Source: Candidatus Aminicenantes bacterium
GTDB lineage: Bacteria; Acidobacteriota; Aminicenantia; Aminicenantales; JAFGBC01
NCBI GenBank assembly: GCA_963702005.1
Contig: OY969696.1
Location: 2,944,001-3,008,000, forward strand
DNA: 64,000 nt
Reading direction: 5' to 3'
Each line of letters begins with the position of its first letter. Position 1 is the first letter of the stretch. Made by a program: the position numbers and the translations under genes. Positions 56,524 to 64,000 of this stretch are shown here, piece after piece. The notes under the pieces are model-generated. The model was not told the origin of the DNA. It worked only from the letters and a program-made list of their open reading frames with translations, and ran no database searches.

Positions 56524-57333
56524 ATGACCGCAAGAACTCGAATCGCAGCGATCGGCTTGGTCTTTCTCCTGGCCGGCGGAGGCGCTTTCCTCCGCGCCGA
56601 TTACCAGGAGGAATTCGCCAAGACCGTCCCCCTCAAGGCGGGTGGCATCTTCAGCCTCGAGAACGTCAACGGGCGGGTCTCCATCTCCACCTGGAAAGAA
56701 GACAAGGCCGAGATCAAGGCCCTGAAGGTCGCCGAACGCGACAAGGAAGACCTCAAGGAGGTCGAGATCGTCGTCGAGGAGAAGGCCGGGGTTGTCAGCG
56801 TCAAGGCCGTCTGGCCGAAATACAGCCATAACCTTCGCGTCTATGTCGATTTCGACGTCCGGGTCCCGGAAGGCGCCCTGCTCAAGGGCGTCGAGACGGT
56901 GAACGGCGATGTCCATGTCACCGGGCCCTACGGCGCCATCGACGCCGAGACGACCAACGGGACGATCGAGGCTTCCGACGCCAAGGGAGATCTTGACGCC
57001 GAGACCACCAACGGCGATATCTTGGTCCGCGGCGTCGAGGGCCGCGTCAAAGTCGAAACAACCAACGGCTCCATCCGGCTCGAACAGGTCCGCTTCGCGG
57101 GCGGCCTCGAGGCGGAGACGACCAACGGCGGCATCACCCTGCGGCTGGAGGACCCGGACAAGGTCAACGCCAACCTCCGGGCCGAGACGACCAACGGTCA
57201 CATTTCCTTCGACTTCCCGGTGACCCTCAAGAAAATGCGGAAGTCGCCCCACGATCTGGAGGTCGAAATCGGGCAGGGCGGACCGCTGATTTCCCTGTCC
57301 ACGACCAACGGCTCGATCACGGTCACCCGCTGA
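56524..57333 (+). CDS. DUF4097 family beta-strand repeat protein
   Basis: Signal peptide and repeated ETTNG.I units; GGAGG RBS. Confidence 0.85.
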   Translation: MTARTRIAAIGLVFLLAGGGAFLRADYQEEFAKTVPLKAGGIFSLENVNGRVSISTWKEDKAEIKALKVAERDKEDLKEVEIVVEEKAGVVSVKAVWPKYSHNLRVYVDFDVRVPEGALLKGVETVNGDVHVTGPYGAIDAETTNGTIEASDAKGDLDAETTNGDILVRGVEGRVKVETTNGSIRLEQVRFAGGLEAETTNGGITLRLEDPDKVNANLRAETTNGHISFDFPVTLKKMRKSPHDLEVEIGQGGPLISLSTTNGSITVTR

Positions 57334-57631
57334 CCCGAAACCGCATTTCCGCATCGGGGGGGAGGCCGTCCGCCCCCCCCGGTATTCATCCGCCGAGATA
57401 ACGCCCCGACCTCGCTCACCGCTCTCTTTGGAGCTGGTCCCGAATAGATAGAGGCCAGGGAGTCCTGGCCTTGAAACTAAACGATCGAAAGGGGGGATAG
57501 GAGGGAGAATCAGGAGGTCATTCGCTCATCGTCCCATTAGACCTCCGACTCGGCCCGCTTATTCCAGGTTGGTTCTTCTAGAAGACCGGAACACCCGGAC
57601 CGGAGAAAAATATGATAGAATAAATGTGTTC

Positions 57632-57988
57632 ATGAGCCTCGATACGACGACGAACAAACCGCTCAAATTCGGGGTCAATCTGGCCGGCCTCCTGATCGCA
57701 GGCTGGCTTCTTTGGCCGTTCTACAAGATCGACGCCTCCGACTATGCCCACGCTCGAGCGAATGTTTATCGCCTGGCCTTCGGGCTCATGATACTGATCA
57801 TGTACTTGGGGAAGCTGACTTTCGACGTCCTCGCGCCCCAGGGACTGGCCCGGCGCGTCTCGAATCTCAAGACGGCCGGGCTTCTCCTGTTCGGCCTGCT
57901 GATCACCGCCTTCATCATCTATGTGGTCATCCAGGCCGGAGCCCTCTTCCTCCAGAACGGAGCCAGCCAGGATACGGTTCCCTTCTGA
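57632..57988 (+). CDS. Small three-TM hypothetical protein
   Basis: Hydrophobic segments and genome-typical codon usage. Confidence 0.6.
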   Translation: MSLDTTTNKPLKFGVNLAGLLIAGWLLWPFYKIDASDYAHARANVYRLAFGLMILIMYLGKLTFDVLAPQGLARRVSNLKTAGLLLFGLLITAFIIYVVIQAGALFLQNGASQDTVPF

Positions 57989-58072
57989 AGACAATTCACA
58001 CATCGTTTCCATTCCGCTTGGACCGCTTGCGGGTTTCTCCGCTCTATGATATATCTGCCCGGTATCCTTACG

Positions 58073-58975
58073 ATGAAAACGCTGCTTATCGTCAATCCCG
58101 CCGCGGGGCACGGCCGGGGGAAAAAATGCTTCGAGCGGCTGGGGCCGCGGCTCGGGGACGCGATTCCGGGACTCATCGTCCGGATTTCGGAATATCCCGG
58201 CCACGCCGTCGAGCTTGGGCGACGGGCGGGCGAGGAAGGGTTCGAACGCCTGATTCTCCTGGGGGGCGACGGCACGCCCTTTGAGGTCGTCAACGGCCTT
58301 TATGCCGGCGGACGTCCGGAGACGCGTCCCGAGATCGGCCTGATCCCGGCCGGGACCGGGAATTCCTTCGTCCGCGACTTCGGCGTTCTCAGCGCCGATC
58401 AGGCCCTCGACAACATCCTGGCCGGCCGCCGCCACCTCGTCGACCTCATCGAGTTCGAGCATGAGTTCGGCTTCGGAACCGCCCGGCGCTATGCCCTGAA
58501 TATCCTGGGCGTCGGCCTCATCGCCGATATCCTCCAGCTGACCAACGAGCGCCTCAAATTCCTGGGCGCCGCCGGGTACAGCCTGGCCGTTCTCCTCCGG
58601 TTGGCCAAAGGCATGGCCAACCGGATCGAGATCGAGACGGACGGCCGCGCCCGGACGGTCGCCGACAGCGCCTTGGTCGTCTCCAACTCCAAGTACACGG
58701 GCGGCAACATGATGATCGCGCCGGGCGCCGACCTCTCGGACGGCCGCGCCGACCTCGTCCTCTTCAACCGGGTCAACCGCCGCGAGATCGTCGCCATCTT
58801 CCGGGGCGTTTTCTCGGGCCGCCATACGGCGCACCCTAAAGTCGAGGTCCTCCAGGCCGCCCGGATTTCCGTGGCCGGAACCCCTTCCCTGCGCGTCATG
58901 GCCGACGGCGAGCTGCTGGGGATGACGCCGCTCCGGCTCAGAGTCCTCCGGGGCGAGCTGACCATTCTGGTATGA
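58073..58975 (+). CDS. Diacylglycerol kinase (YegS/DagK) family lipid kinase
   Basis: VNPAAG, GGDGT, PAGTGN, DGE motifs. Confidence 0.9.
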   Translation: MKTLLIVNPAAGHGRGKKCFERLGPRLGDAIPGLIVRISEYPGHAVELGRRAGEEGFERLILLGGDGTPFEVVNGLYAGGRPETRPEIGLIPAGTGNSFVRDFGVLSADQALDNILAGRRHLVDLIEFEHEFGFGTARRYALNILGVGLIADILQLTNERLKFLGAAGYSLAVLLRLAKGMANRIEIETDGRARTVADSALVVSNSKYTGGNMMIAPGADLSDGRADLVLFNRVNRREIVAIFRGVFSGRHTAHPKVEVLQAARISVAGTPSLRVMADGELLGMTPLRLRVLRGELTILV

Positions 58976-59694
58976 CCGGCATCGGCGAACGTCTCCGCTC
59001 CAATCTCCTCTGGGGTGCCGCCCTTCCCGTCTTCGCGGCCTCCTGCGTTTGTCTCTGGCTGGCGTCTTTCGTCCTCGGCGGCCGCGCTCTGGAACGCCTG
59101 CTCAAGTTTTTATGCCGGCTCGTCCTCTCCGTATGCGGCATCCGCGTCCATGTCCGCGGCGCCGAAAACGTCCTCCCCGGAAGGCAGTATATCGTGATGA
59201 TGAATCACGTCAACTTCTTCGATCCTCTGGTCCTTTGCTCGGGCTTCCCGGGGATGGCCCGCGGGGTCGAGGAGGAAAGCCATTTCCGCTGGCCGGTCTA
59301 CGGAGCGACCATCCGGCGCCTCGGCGTGATCCCGATCAGCCGCAGGGACAGGACCAAGGCCGTCGAGAGTCTACGGCGCGCGGCGGTCTGGATCCGGTCG
59401 CGTCCGGATTATTCCTTCGTCATCCTTCCCGAAGGGACGCGGACCCTCGACAACAAGCTGAGCGAATTCAAACGGGGAGGGTTTCTGCTGGCCTTGGAGA
59501 CGGGCTTGGACATCCTTCCCATCGTCCAAACAGGGGCCTTCCGGATCGCCCGCAAGGGAAGCCTGCTCATACGTCCCGGCCGGGTCGAGCTGACGATAGA
59601 GCCGGGCGTGTCCCCGGCCGGCTATACCGGGGATAAGGTCGCCGAGCTCCTGGAGCGCGTCCGCGCCGTCTTCCTGCGCCGCGCCGAAGGCTGA
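58972..59694 (+). CDS. Lysophospholipid acyltransferase (PlsC family)
   Basis: NHxxxxD and PEGTR motifs. Confidence 0.88.
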   Translation: MTGIGERLRSNLLWGAALPVFAASCVCLWLASFVLGGRALERLLKFLCRLVLSVCGIRVHVRGAENVLPGRQYIVMMNHVNFFDPLVLCSGFPGMARGVEEESHFRWPVYGATIRRLGVIPISRRDRTKAVESLRRAAVWIRSRPDYSFVILPEGTRTLDNKLSEFKRGGFLLALETGLDILPIVQTGAFRIARKGSLLIRPGRVELTIEPGVSPAGYTGDKVAELLERVRAVFLRRAEG

Positions 59695-63216
<3,522 letters not shown>

Positions 63217-63304
63217 GGTAGGACTCCTTGGCCGGTCGGGTCTTTAAAAATCCAAACAGTTCATTATGCTCATTTCAGGGAAAATTTCAATAAAAAAAGC
63301 GGCT

Positions 63305-63910
63305 TCAGTCCTTGAGCTCGGTCCGTCCTTCCAATGCCTTCTTGATCGTCACCTGGTCGGCGAAGTCGAGGTCCGAGCCGACCGGAAGCCCCATGGCCAG
63401 GCGGCTCAGCTTGGCCCCGGAGTCCTTGAGGAAGCGGACGAGGAAGAGGGCCGTCGCCTCGCCCTCGACGGTCGGGTTCGTGGCCAGGATGATCTCGCGG
63501 AAGCGGCCCGTCCGGACTCTGTCCAAGAGACGGTCGACCTTGAGCTCCTCCGGGCCGACGCCCTTGAGGGGGGCGAAGGTCCCGAGAAGGACGTAATACC
63601 GGCCGTGGAAGGCGCCGGTTTTTTCGATCGAGGCGATGTTGAAGGGCTCCTCGACGACGCACAGGACGTCGTCGCTGCGGGAAGGATCCGAGCAGATCGC
63701 GCAGGGATCGACGTGGGTGATGTTATTGCAGCGGGAGCAGTAGAAGATGGACCGCTTGGCGTCGCGGATGGCCTCGGCCAGCCGGTCGCCCTCCTCGGCG
63801 GGCAAGCCGAGAATGTGGAAGGCGATCCGCTGGGCCGTCTTGGCGCCGATGCCGGGGATGCGGCGGAGCTCCTCAATCAGACGGTGGAGGGGCTCGGCGA
63901 ACTCGAACAT
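63305..63910 (-). CDS. recR: Recombination mediator RecR
   Basis: PGIGAKTAQR, C4 zinc finger, ATNPTVEGEATA. Confidence 0.96.
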   Translation of the reverse strand: MFEFAEPLHRLIEELRRIPGIGAKTAQRIAFHILGLPAEEGDRLAEAIRDAKRSIFYCSRCNNITHVDPCAICSDPSRSDDVLCVVEEPFNIASIEKTGAFHGRYYVLLGTFAPLKGVGPEELKVDRLLDRVRTGRFREIILATNPTVEGEATALFLVRFLKDSGAKLSRLAMGLPVGSDLDFADQVTIKKALEGRTELKD

Positions 63911-64000
63911 CAGAACATGCCCGGGATCTTGAGGCCAGCTCCCAAGCTCCCCAGCCGCCGGGCCATTTCCTCGTCGGCTTTGGCGGCCGCGTCGCGGACG
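63910..64000 (-). CDS. ybaB: YbaB/EbfC nucleoid-associated protein, C-terminus (truncated by window edge)
   Basis: ...DAAAKADEEMARRLGSLGAGLKIPGMF*; TGATG-coupled to recR, the conserved ybaB-recR order. Confidence 0.8.
   Translation of the reverse strand, partial: VRDAAAKADEEMARRLGSLGAGLKIPGMF

Noticed and set aside
56880-57333. ACCAACGG nucleotide repeats
   Set aside because: They simply encode the ETTNG repeats of the DUF4097 protein.

Overview
GC-rich chromosomal window from an anaerobic, peptide-degrading diderm bacterium. The gene set is suggestive of Ca. Aminicenantes/Acidobacteriota, but that assignment is inference only. It carries about 50 CDS: pbpC tail, RidA, a hydantoinase/oxoprolinase pair, several outer-membrane beta-barrels, S8/M24/M16/M28 peptidases, a GntR-activase-HypD glycyl radical operon, a fused serine dehydratase, stand-alone nuoJKLMN, a TolC-RND efflux operon, PFOR, recR and the ybaB tail. 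It also has tRNA-fMet, RNase P RNA and a frameshifted IS1202-family element with a 16-bp target duplication. The most unusual signal is a dispersed, non-coding, modular repeat family (6 copies, 75-261 bp). Each copy is bounded by direct TTGAC/GTCAA pentamers and filled with interchangeable hairpin modules. One end overlaps the upstream gene's stop codon in 4/6 copies, and the other end supplies a correctly spaced sigma70 -35 box in 5/6 copies. No mobilising enzyme is encoded in the window. All product calls are from motif recognition by eye; no database searches were run.
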